Below are positions 48,343 through 59,900 of a stretch of DNA of 64,000 bases, in pieces. Positions within the stretch are counted from its first letter, which is position 1. Each line of letters starts with the position of its first letter. Source of the DNA: Cyanophora paradoxa CCMP329 (taxonomy: Eukaryota > Plantae > Glaucophyta); assembly GCA_004431415.1 (NCBI GenBank), contig QPMI01000272.1:30367-94366 (forward strand). Reading direction: 5' to 3'. Under the pieces are notes generated by a model. The model was not told where the DNA came from. It saw only the letters and a list, made by a program, of their open reading frames with translations, and did no database searches. The position numbers and the translations under genes are program-made.

Positions 48343-49540
48343 CGCGATCCGCGACGGGCTTTGACAGGTCGACTGTTGTGAAGGGGAGCACCTGGGAAGA
48401 AGGAAGCAAGTCAGAGGGACACGATCTATCGCACAGACATCGAGAATATTGGCGTGGGAGCCCCCGCCCCTCGCTCCCCCAACCGCGATTTCGCAAGCAG
48501 CGGGGGGTCAGAATGAGCTCGCCGTGGCCCGTACGCCAATATGCCGGGACGTACAAGGCGTTCTCAGCACAGCACGTGCGCAGCGCACGGCCAGAAGCGC
48601 TGCTAGGCCGCCCCCTCGATCGCTGGCGAATGGATCACGCACGGTCGGAAGCGTCGAGGCGGCAACTGTGTGTTATAGTGAACTTCCCAAAGCACGGGAC
48701 GCCGCCCGTCGGAGCCGACAATCGGAAGCGGCGGAGCCGGCGGCGCCAAACCAGCGGTACCCCGGCCGGCTGCGAGGGGTTAGACAGGCCGGTACTACGG
48801 TAATACTAGCGTTCTAATGCGCCAATCCTATGAAGTATGTATATGCCTTGTGTGTATCGAGTGCGGGGCGCAGGGGGCGTAAATATGCAAGCAGGAGTGG
48901 TGTATGGCATGCTGTACATCTATTGCAAATGCGCGGGAGCTCGCCAGCAGTGGTCATCCCATATACGTCGCGGCGTCCGCGTGCTGCTCAGCACTGGGGC
49001 GCTTACGGCGGGTCTAGCGAGCAAGGCGTGCATGCGCGGCGCATATGCGTTCTTTTGCAGCCACAAGCTGGGGCCCGGCGCGGTCCCCGTCAGCTGCGGG
49101 AGCTGGCGAGAACTGATACCCCCCCCCCTCGGCAAGCCGGCAGCATTCGTCCGGGAGCTCGGTAGGCAGAAGGTGCCTCAGCCAACTCGGTAAGCAGTTT
49201 CCAGCCAACCAGCCTCAGCGAGCGACACAGGTTGCGCCGCGAGCGCGCGAGCGCTGTGCGCGAGCGGCGAGCTCGAGCGCGCGAGCGGAGCCACGTGCTC
49301 ACAGGTGGCTGTTGCGCCGGGCCACGCGGACGTCGACTGCGGGCAAGCGCGAGCTCGAGACCCAGTGTGAGAACCCGCGCGCGACCGACACCCGCGCAAT
49401 GCTCCCGCCAATTCCGATATGGCTTCCGTTGCGCCCGCGCGCAACGAGCTTGCAATTGCGCTCCCGGGCGCCGGCCCGCGCGCTCGCGCGCTGCCCAAAT
49501 CTCGCCCGTCGAGGCCCGCCGAGGGCCCTATAGCTACAAA

Positions 49541-50069
49541 CGCGCGTCGACGGATAGAGATTCTAAATATGGCCTGAGTCTGACCGCCGCGCGTGCAGGG
49601 ACCCACCCCCTGCCCCCGCCGACCCCTGAACGCTGTACCCCTGGTGCGAGCCCCGGGCCGCGCTCCCCGCCAGCCGATGGCCCGGCGAGGGCCCTTCAAG
49701 CGCGCGTCGACGGACAGAGATTCTAAACATGGCCTGGATCTGACCGCCGCGCGCGCAGGGACCCACCCCCTGCCTCCGCCGACCCCTGAACGCTGTACCC
49801 CTGGTGCGAGCCCCGGGCCGCGCTCCCCGCCAGCCGATGGCCCGGCGAGGGCCCTACACGCGCGCGTCAACGGACAGAGATTTTAAATATGGCCTGGGTC
49901 TGACCGCCGCGCGCGGAGGGACCCTCCCCCTGCCCCCGCCGCCCCCTGAACGCTGTACCCCTGGTGCGAGCCCCGGGCCGTGCTCCCCGCCAGCCGATGG
50001 CCCGACGAGGGCCCTACACGCGCGCGTCAACGGATAGAGATCCTAAATGTGGCCTGGGTCTGACCGCCG
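49541..50069. repeat. Satellite array A, 160-bp unit x3.3
   Basis: Units start at 49541, 49701, 49861, 50021 (cgcgcgtc(g/a)acgga(t/c)agagat..). Confidence 0.95.
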
Positions 50070-50070
50070 A

Positions 50071-50889
50071 GGCCGGGGGGCAGGGGGCGGGCTCACTGCG
50101 GCCGGGAATTCGATGTCAGGATTAAAGCGACGGCGACGACGCGCGGGGCCCGTCGCTAGCGCGCCCGAGGGGCCGAGCCCAGGGAATGACCCCGGCCGGC
50201 AGCGCCCAAGGGGGGTACCTGGTTGCGGGGCGGCCGGGGGGCAGGGGGCGGGCTCACTGCGGCCGGGAATTCGATGTCAGGATTAAAGCGACGGCGACGG
50301 CGCGCGGGGCCCGCCGCTAGCGCGCCCGAGGAGCCGAGCCCAGGGAATGACCCCGGCCGGCAGCGCCCAAGGGGGGTACCTGGTTGCGGGGCGGCCGGGG
50401 GGCAGGGGGCGGGCTCACTGCGGCCGGGAATTCGATGTCAGGATTAAAGCGACGGCGACGGCGCGCGGGGCCCGTCGCTAGCGCGCCCGAGGGGCCGAGC
50501 CCAGGGAATGACCCCGGCCGGCAGCGCCCAAGGGGGGTACCTGGTTGCGGGGCGGCCGGGGGGCAGGGGGCGGGCTCACTGCGGCCGGGAATTCGATGTC
50601 AGGATTAAAGCGACGGCGACGGCGCGCGGGGCCCGCCGCTAGCGCGCCCGAGGGCCGAGCCTAGGGGGGGACCCTGGCCGGCAGCGCCCAAGGGGGGTAC
50701 CTGGTTGCGGGGCGGCCGGGGGGCAGGGGGCGGGCTCACTGCGGCCGGGAATTCGATGTCAGGATTAATGCGACGGCGACGGCGCGCGGGGCCCGCCGCT
50801 AGCGCGCCCGAGGGGCCGAGCCTAGGGGGGGACCCCGGCCTGGAGCGCCCAAGGGGGGTACCTGGTTGCGGGGCAGCCGGGGGGCAGGG
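50071..50889. repeat. Satellite array B, ~161-bp unit x5
   Basis: Unit ggccggggggcagggggcgggctcactgcggccgggaattcgatgtcaggattaaagcg..ggtacctggttgcggggc recurs every 160-161 bp. Confidence 0.95.
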
Positions 50890-51939
50890 AGAGGGGGGCG
50901 GGCCCGGTGCGGATGGGTTATTAAGAGAAGGAAGCAAGGAAAGTATGCAATTAGTACCGGCATGCGCTTTTGTTTGCCGGTTGATCGCGTTGCGCCGTGA
51001 AAAGGCTCGCTTGTCTAGATCTGTTCAGCTGCTGTGTGGCCAATTGGCCACACGCCACAGAGAGCGATTGGATTAGCGCTGCGAGCAAGTTAGGCAGTTT
51101 ATGTAGCTTCAAAGTAAGGCGACTCACAGTGTTATATGAGCTGCTAAGTGTCCGGCTCTCGGCTGCAAGTTGCAGCTGCTGCGCATGCTGTGTCGTCAAA
51201 TGACCACGCGTATACGTATACTATGATACGTACGTGCACACGCGAGAGGGGGGCAAATGCGCGCGTGTAGCTAATATAGATTCCTTATGCTGTATACTTG
51301 TTCTAGCTCTATAGTGCGCTTGCCGCTCCGCGTCCTAATCATAACGAGCTCGAGGAGGAGCTCGCGGTTTTCAAGCAGAGCTGCTCACGATCACGTGCGT
51401 GTGGCCGGCCGCACAGCTGCTCACGTGCGGTGCTAGCGCTGCGCCTGCAGAGCCCGACGGTCTGCGGGCGCAACGTTAGCTGCTCGTCGTGCTTGCTGGC
51501 TGCAATGCGTACCCCCCTTGCTGGCCGCCTGTCGACGTCGTAGCGCCCGATGTTGGGCGCCGCAAGCAACGTAGCTCATCGTAGCTGGTCAGCTAGGTCA
51601 GCTCGCGACCGGCCGCGGGCGTGGCTCGTACGCGTACGCGTTGCGCATGTGAGCCAAATGTCCATGTCCACGCGCAAGGCGTATAAGGAGCTGAAACGCG
51701 TTCGAATTCGTCAAGCTCCCGGGCTTGGCGCCGGCCGCGGCCGGTGCTCGCCGACAAGTACGCTGCGCTCCAACCCGTCGCTTTTGCAATTGGGGCCCAA
51801 TTTGGGGGGCTGCGCGGCCTGCGGCCCTGCGCCGTCGAGGCTTAAGGGCCTGTATACATGCGCGATGAACACTTCGGCTAGGAGGCTCTCGAAATCGCTG
51901 TAGTCCCCCCCACCAGATCATCGTAGCCCCCGAAAGCAA

Positions 51940-53750
51940 ATGGACCCGACCCGCGCCGGCTACGCCGGTTACGCGGCGACACCACAGGCGTATCCCGCAG
52001 CTGCCTACGCGTTTGCAGCGGCCCCCCCACCGGCTGTCGCTTACCAATACGCGATGCCGACCCCTTATGGCTACGGTCAGCCCGCGGCTGCCGGCTACCA
52101 GTATTCAGCAGCAGGACGCGGTCGCGGTGGTTTCCGTGGCGGTCGCGGCCGCGGAGGGTACTTCGGCGGTTCTGACCGCAACGAAAGTCGCGACGACGAG
52201 AGAGATTATTACAACGGCGAAATCGGGCCCGTAGGACCACCACGAGACCGTGCTCCGTGCGCCCTTGCTCCGAGCCCGCGCGCCGAATGTCCCGTCACTC
52301 CTCGCACCAGTCCGAAGCCGGGCAAGGACGGGAAAGGACCGGACACGCTCTTTATCTCCAACCTTCCACCCGAGCTCATCGACGACCGATGTGCGACGAG
52401 CCTTTCGGCCCCCTTCTCCTCTCCTCCACTCATTCTGGTCGCAGTGGAACAGGAGTTGCGCGCCCGCGGCGTAGAACGATTCCACAACTTGATCATAAAG
52501 CGCCAGCCGGACGGGAAGTCGAAAGGTCCGCTCCTCGAAGCTTCTCGCCGGCCGCCCATGTTCGGCCTCCGACCCTCCGCGCGCGCGCCCCAGGCTACTG
52601 TTTCCTGGAGTTCGAGCACCACGAGGAGGCCGAGGACGCCCGCGTGAAGCTCAACGCGTGGATCATCGACGGGAAGAGCATCAGCGTCAAGTGGGCCGAG
52701 TTCCAGAGGGCGCGCCCCGCTCCCCTCGTCCCCGCGCGAGCGCGTGCTGCTCGCGGCCGCTGAGGCGCGCGCAGCTGGACGAGGAGGCGCTGGCGAAGGT
52801 GCGGGTGGTGTACGTCTCGGGCCTGCCGGGGAACACGACGGAGGACGACATGCGCGGCATCTTCCTCAAGTTCGGCGCCCTCGAGAAGGCGAGCGCCCGC
52901 CCGCGCCCCGCCACCCGCGCGCCCGCCCGCCCGCCCGCCCGCCCGCCGAGCGCGCGCTGAGGAGCGCGGGCGCAGGTGACGGTGCCGCGCAAGTACGGCG
53001 AGCCGAACGTGGCCAAAGGCTTCGCCTTCATCGACTTCGTGGTGCGCGCCGCCCCGGCGCCGCGCGCCGCCCCGGGGCCCTGAGGCGCGCGGGCGGCAGA
53101 AACGGGAGGACGCGGTGGCGGCGGTGAAGGAGGTGAACGGGAGCGTCTTCAAGGGCGTGCGCATCGCCGTGGAGCTGGCGCGCCCCGACGGCAAGCGCGC
53201 CCCGAGCGCCGGATAGGGCCCGAGGGCCAGGGCCGCGGCGGCGGCTTCGCCGGCGCCCGCGGCGGCGGCCCCGGCAGGCCGCACCCGCGGGGCGGGTACG
53301 AGCGGGACGGGCGGGGCGCGCCGGGCCTCAGCGAGGCCGAGGCGATCATCGCCGCGGAGCTCAGCGGCGGCCGCCCGGCCCCCTACTACATGTCCGTCCC
53401 CGTCCAAATGGCGGTCCGCCGGCCCCGCACGCCCCCTTCCCCCTCCGCTCACGCCCGCGCAGCCGATGATGGCCCAGGGGTACGCCTACACGTCGGCGAT
53501 GCCGATGGCCTCGTACGCCGCCGCGTACCCCGCCGGCGTCGACATGAGCGCGTACGGCATGTACGGCTCGACGCCCGTCGTCCCCGCCGCGCCGGCAATG
53601 TCCGCTCCCCTACCCCCCCTCGCCTCCCCCGGCACCGCGCCGCCGCCGCCGCCGCCTCCGCCCCCTCCGCCGACCGTAAACGCCGTCCCCGCCTTCGGAG
53701 CCATGCCCCGCCCCAACTACAACAGCGCCGCCCGCTTCGCGCCCTACTAG
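51940..53750 (+). CDS. hnRNP Q/R (SYNCRIP)-like RNA-binding protein: Y/A-rich and RGG regions, 2 RRMs, C-terminal PY-NLS-like end
   Basis: RRM1 TLFISNLP..KGYCFLEF..ISVKWAE; RRM2 LAKVRVVYVSGLP..KGFAFIDF..VELARP; ends RFAPY*; apparent 1-nt slip ~53200. Confidence 0.8.
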
Positions 53751-54783
53751 CCCCGCGCCGCCGACATGTACATCGATCCCGGTCCGGTGCGCGCGCTTCG
53801 TGCAGCCTCCTCGCGCTTAATCGAAGCCCCACTTATCGCTAACTGTCACTCCAGTGCACAGCTAATTTATAACAGAAAGCGCGCCACCTAAATTTCAAGA
53901 AATTACACCCTACGCATACGAATTGGCCGGCCGATATCGCCTCGCCCCGCTTGTCGACTCGATAGCATGCTGATAGGCCTTAGTCTTAGCGCCCTAAGCT
54001 TAGACTTGGTTTCAAGCTTGAATGGCTCATAAGTCATCCGTGCCCGAAAAGAAGCACTGTAAAATCCGGCGCTCGGTAATAAGGACCCTAGCAGTAAATG
54101 CGATATTCTCAGACGACAACGCCGCTCAGTGGCCCTACTAAAGGCTAGTGCCCGATCGCGAGCGGTAAGAGCAAGATTAAAGGCAACTACGCTTACGACT
54201 TGGCAAGCTGCCACCCCGATAAGACGGAGCACGCATATCGAATATCGGCGATTCATGTCTATGAGCTCCTTCAGAGATTCCTGCCCCGAGGCTCCGGGAT
54301 CCGTGCCCCGGCCCCCGGCACTGCGGCCTGCAATAGATCGTCGCTGCTGGCCATGGGCAATAGCGACAGTCACTAAACTAGATTGCATTAATTGCCCGCT
54401 CGGCACTGCGGTACTGTGTGTCGCCCCGCGGCCGGCGGTCCTCTGCCCGTGTGGCTTCGACTTTGTTCAAGTTGCAAATTTACTTGCAATTGGTTGCTGC
54501 CCGTGCATACGGGCGGTGCGTAATCGTCAGCTCAGAGGCTTGAAAATCTTGAATTTGCAATTCAAAAGCCTTGATCGAAAGTACTGGTTGCAAGATAGCT
54601 ACAGACGAACTTCGAAATTCGGAAGCTGCGAGCTCCCAAGTGCAACTGCATCGATATCTCAGAGTCTGGCAGACGGAGCTCGAGCTCGAGGCCTAGGGGC
54701 GAGGGGCAAATATTGTTAATGTACATGTGCAGCTGCATGCAGTAGCACGAGGCGGTCTCTCGAGCTCATGTTCACTTTCAACA

Positions 54784-56054
54784 GGCGGCGCTCCCCTCGG
54801 GCGAGGCCCTGGCGCGGGGGCGGGGGCGGGCCTTGACGGCGTTCTGGACGGCGACGAGGCGGTCGTCGGGCCGGATGTGCGCGATCTCCTTCGCCTTGAG
54901 CACCCGCTCGTACAGCATCTGCCGCCCCGGGCCTCGGCGGGGGCGGGCGGGGCAGGGCAGGGCGGGGGGCGCACGTGGTGGAGGCGGAAGAAGATGTAGA
55001 ACTTGTTGTCGCCGTAGAAGAGGCGCCGCAGGGGGCGCGAGCGCCCCGCCGCCCCGCCCGCCGACCCGCCCGAGGCCACCGACGAGGCCGAGGCGAGGCC
55101 GCCCCCGGACGGGGCCGCCCGGCGTCGGGCGTCTCCGAGCGCGGGCGCCGGCCTCCTTGGCCTCGCCCTCCTTGCGCTCGGCCGCCGGCTCCTCCTCCTT
55201 CTTGTCAGTCTCCATCTTGTCGGCGGCCTCCTTGGCCGCGTCCTTGGCCTCGTCGCTGGCCACCTGCGTCCGCAGCCGCGCCACGTCGTTCGGCTCCAGC
55301 CCCGACGCGTTGAACGGCGGCGGCGGCGGCGGGCCGGCCGGCGGCGGCGCCGCGCGCTTCGGCACGACCGGCTGCCGCTGCCCGTGGCCCGGAAGGGAGA
55401 CGAAGGGCGAGGGCGGGCAGGAGGCGTCCGAGGGGGCCGGCGAGGCCGGCACGGCGCCCGTCTCGCCGGCAGCGGCCGCCGCCTCGCTCTCCTCCACCGA
55501 GAAGTACGAGGCCACGAGGCTGCTCCAGAAGCTCGTGAGCTGCCGCCGCACCCGCGTGTCAGTGCGCGCGGCGGGACGGGGCGAAAGGGGCGCGGCTGGC
55601 GAGGGGCGCACGAGCTGGCGGTTCTTCGTCTTGTCGTCCTCGTGGGCGTTGATGTTGATCTGCTCAGCGGCGAACATGACGATGTCGGCGACGTCCTGCG
55701 CGCCGGCCGCATCAGCGCGGTGCCGGGCGGGCGGGGCGGGGCGGGCGGGGCGGCGCGCCTGGTGGATGGAGTGGTCGGGGAAGGACAGGCGGAGGGTGCC
55801 GGGCTCCTTCTGCTCCTTGCTGGCCGGGGGCAGGCCCGTCACCTCGGGGCCGATCGGGTCCTTGCGCACCGGCTCCGCGTCCCGCTCGTCCTCCTCCCCC
55901 GTGATCGCCGCCATCAGCGCTGCCCCCCCGCCCCCCTCAGCCATCGAGCGCAGGGCGCGGGGCGCAGAGCCGGCGCGGCTCGGGCACCCTTGGTGGAGAG
56001 GGTCTTCTTGTCGGTCTGCTTGAAGAAGAAGGAGCGGTGGTTGAAGCACTCGAG
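54784..56054 (-). pseudogene. Partial direct duplicate of internal Sin3 exons and introns (copy of 58574-59847)
   Basis: Near-identical ~1.27 kb including introns; lacks the PAH and HID exons and the 3' exons. Confidence 0.85.
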
Positions 56055-56964
56055 CGTGAATCCCGCAGGTCATGTACCCACAGCAACACCCGGATCAGAG
56101 CGCGAGTCCATGGAAAGTAGCGCGCCTGCATTTCGAGATGGAGGCCAGCCCGACACCAGCGCGAGAACGAGTGGTCAGCGGACGCAGCCGAAGGCGGCGG
56201 AAAGCGCTCAAAGCCTCGCACCAGTACCTGCTCCCGACCCTCCTCCAGTGCCTGCCTCCGACCCTGCTCCCGAGCCACCGCCACAAGAGCGTCCACCTGC
56301 GGCCATGTGAGAAAGCGAGGATTGCGAGCGCGTTCCGGCGCTCGCTTGCAGCGCCGCCGGCACGCGTGCGGCACCTGTGCTTGCGTGTACCGGCGCCCGC
56401 TTGCAGAGCCGCCGATACGCCTGAATCAAGATCACGGTCAGCGGCGGAGCGCAGCGAGAACTTTAGTGCACCTTGAGCTGTGCGACTGCGAAGGAGGTGC
56501 TTCACGCACTGTTGCGATCCCCTTCGCGCGCGATCCCATGTTCGCGTGCTCCTAGGCCTGCGGTTCCGACTGCGGCAGCAATTTGCGCGGTGGCGCTCCG
56601 CGCCTTTACTGAACGGCTTGATCCAGGTTGCGCCAGCAATTTGCGCGGTGGCGCGCTACGAGGCCCTAGGGGGCTTCGCGCCAGCCGCTGAGCAGGTTGT
56701 TCGAGGGTACACGTTATCCGGGGACGGCGGCTACGCGTACGCGTGCGCATGCCCGTTTTGATGCCACGGATGCACACTGAATTCGAAAGTATAACTTGTT
56801 CGAAAACCGGGACAGCGCGAGCGCGCGCCTCACCCCCCCGCGGGCACGGCCAGCGCTGTCGAATAGTTCACTTCTCATCGATTCGCTTGCCTACGCTCCT
56901 GCCCTATGAACAAAACGGGGCCGCTCCTGGGGCGGCGGGGGGACCGGCGCCGCGCGGGCGGGGG

Positions 56965-59900
56965 CTATGCGTCGGAGAGGTCGGCGGCGGCGGCGGCGGC
57001 GGCGTGCTCCTCGGCGCGGGCGGCGAGCCAGGCCTTGTACGCCTGCTTGCGCTCCTCGAGCTTGCGGCGCACCTCCTCGACCTTGACGCGCAGGGCCGCC
57101 TCCAGCGGGCCCCCGGCCTCCTTCCCCTTCTTCTCCTTGCCCTTGGGCTGCTTGCCCGGGGCGCGCAGGGCGGCCGGGGTGAGGATGCGGGAGTGGCGGA
57201 CGACGAGCCAGTCGGTCGTCTCCATGACGAAGCCGATGGAGGAGGAGTTGAGGTCGCGCGGGCGGACCTCCAGCCCGTTGTGGAAGTCCACGGTGATGCG
57301 CCCGTACACCGTCTTCGGCTCGGCCGCCTTCTCCTTCTCCTTGTCGGCGGCCTCCTTCTCCTTGGCCTCGTTCTTCGTCTCGGCGGCCTCGTCCCTGGCC
57401 TCCTTCTCCTTGGCCTCCTTGTCGACGTCCATCTTGTCGCCCTCCTTGGGCGACTCGGCGGCCCCCTTGCCCTTCTTCTTCCCCTCCGGGCGCTCCTCGG
57501 CCTCCCCGTCGGCCTCGGGCGCGAGGTGGCGGAGGCGGTTCGCCGTGAGGCGGAGGTTGCGGCGGAGGAAGACGCGGCGCTCGCGCGGGTCCACGTCCTC
57601 CGCCGGCGTCTCCGGGTCCAGGTAGTTCATCAGGTACTCCATCCACCGCTCCTCCGCCCCCGCCTGCGCCCCGCCCGCGTCGGCGCCGCGGCCCGGGCCT
57701 GAGACCCGCGCGGGGGCGGGCGCCGGCACCTCGTTGGAGTCGCCGCCGCTGGCGATGAGCTTGATGACGAGCTCGTGGCCGTCGGCGCTCTGCGGCGCGG
57801 CGGCAGCCCCGCGCTCAGCGGGGCACGGGGCAGGCGCGGGGCGAGGCGGGCGCACGAGCTCGGTGCGGAAGACGTTGTCGCCGTCGAGGAGGCGCATGGC
57901 GCGGGTGCGGTACTCCATCTCGCTCTGGGCCGAGGGCGGGCGGGAGCGGTAGGCGCGGTAGTAGCCGAGGAGCTGCGTGGAGGAGTCGACGGTGTAGAGG
58001 AGCGGGAGCTGCTTGAGCAGCTTGAGGATGAGCTTGTCCAGCGTGAAGAGCACGTACGACTGCGCCCCGCCCCCGCCCGTTCGCGCCCGCGCCGCGTGGG
58101 GCGGGAGGCGTGGGCGGGGCGGAGCGGACCTCGGTGTTGCCGAGGAGGCCGCGGGTCTCGTCCTCGTAGCTGTTGTAGTCGCGGGTGCCGTCGAGCCACT
58201 CGCGGAGCAGCTTGAGCCAGCCGCGGTAGCGCTCCTCGCACGACATCTGCTCCGGGCCGACGACGCTCGGGGGCGGCGGGAGGAGAGTGATGTGGTCGGG
58301 CGGCAGCGGGTCCTGCTCCTCCTTCTCCTTCTTGACGTCCGCGGCGGCGGGGGCCGGCGAGGGCGTCGGCGGGGCCGCCGGCGACGGGCCGTCCACCTCC
58401 ATGGCGCTCGGCCCGGGCGAGCCGCCGGGGGCCGCCGCGCCCGGCGCCGGGGCCCCCGAGGCGGGGGCGGGGCGGGGAGGCGCCGGGGCCGGCGGGGCGG
58501 GATCGGGGAAGCGGGTTGGCCAGCGCCGGGGGCAGGAAGGTGGAGGAGGCGGCCTGCGGGGCGCGCGGCGTCAGGCGGCGCTCCCTCCGGGCGCGCGAGC
58601 GGGCGGGGGCGGGCCTTGACGGCGTTCTGGACGGCGACGAGGCGGTCGTCGGGCCGGATGTGAGCGATCTCCTTCGCCTTGAGCACCCGCTCGTACAGCA
58701 TCTGCCGCCGCGGGCCTCGGAGGGGGCGGGCGGGGCGTGGCGTGGCGGGGCGGGCGGGGGGCGCACGTGGTGGAGGCGGAAGAAGATGTAGAACTTGTTG
58801 TCGCCGTAGAAGAGGCGCCGCAGCGGGCGCGAGCGCCCCGCCGCCCCGCCCGCCGACCCGCCCGAGGCCACCGACGAGGCCGAGGCGAGGCCGCCCCCGG
58901 ACGGGGCCGCCCCGGCGTCGGGCGTCTCCGAGCGCGGGGCGCCGGCCTCCTTGGCCTCGCCCTCCTTGCGCTCGGCCGCCGGCTCCTCCTCCTTCTTGTC
59001 AGTCTCCATCTTGTCGGCGGCCTCCTTGGCCGCGTCCTTGGCCTCGTCGCTGGCCACCTGCGTCCGCAGCCGCGCCACGTCGTTCGGCTCCAGCCCGACG
59101 CGTTGAACGGCGGCGGCGGCGGCGGGCCGGCCGGCGGCGGCGCCGCGCGCTTCGGCACGACCGGCTGCCGCTGCCCGTGGCCCGGAAGGGAGACGAAGGG
59201 CGAGGGCGGGCAGGAGGCGTCCGAGGGGGCCGGCGAGGCCGGCACGGCGCCCGTCTCGCCGGCAGCGGCCGCCGCCTCGCTCTCCTCCACCGAGAAGTAC
59301 GAGGCCACGAGGCTGCTCCAGAAGCTCGTGAGCTGCCGCCGCACCCGCGTGTCAGTGCGCGCGGCGGGACGCGGCGAAAGGGGCGCGGCTGGCGAGGGGC
59401 GCACGAGCTGGCGGTTCTTCGTCTTGTCGTCCTCGTGGGCGTTGATGTTGATCTGCTCAGCGGCGAACATGACGATGTCGGCGACGTCCTGCGCGCCGGC
59501 TGCGTCAGTGCGGTGCCGGGCGGGCGGGGCGGGGCGGGCGGGGCGGCGCGCCTGGTGGATGGAGTGGTCGGGGAAGGACAGGCGGAGGGTGCCGGGCTCC
59601 TTCTGCTCCTTGCTGGCCGGGGGCAGGCCCGTCACCTCGGGGCCGATCGGGTCCTTGCGCACCGGCTCCGCGTCCCGCTCGTCCTCCTCCCCCGTGATCG
59701 CCGCCATCAGCGCTGCCCCCCCGCCCCCCTCAGCCATCGAACGCAGGGCGCGGGGCGCAGAGCCGGCGCGGCTCGGGCACCCTTGGTGGAGAGGGTCTTC
59801 TTGTCGGTCTGCTTGAAGAAGAAGGAGCGGTGGTCGAAGCACTTGAGGGCGTTGCGCTCCTGCGTCTCCCGCCACGCCTTCTTGCTCTCCTGCTTGAGGC

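Noticed and set aside
49541-50889. CRISPR array, or the repeated 74-aa ORFs as real genes
   Set aside because: Whole units repeat with no unique spacers, the context is eukaryotic with no cas genes, and the ORFs are by-products of the satellite.
53850-54780. Transposon call for AT-richer intergenic stretches (also 45000-45700 and 50950-51350)
   Set aside because: No transposase or reverse-transcriptase motifs, terminal repeats or target-site duplications could be identified by eye.
44270-59100. Apparent frameshifts in NCA1 (~44278), RWP-RK (~46218), RRM (~53200) and Sin3 (~59094) as programmed frameshifting or pseudogenisation
   Set aside because: All are single-base losses in G/C homopolymers, and the Sin3 duplicate has the intact base (cagccccgacg versus cagcccgacg); long-read consensus error is the simplest explanation.
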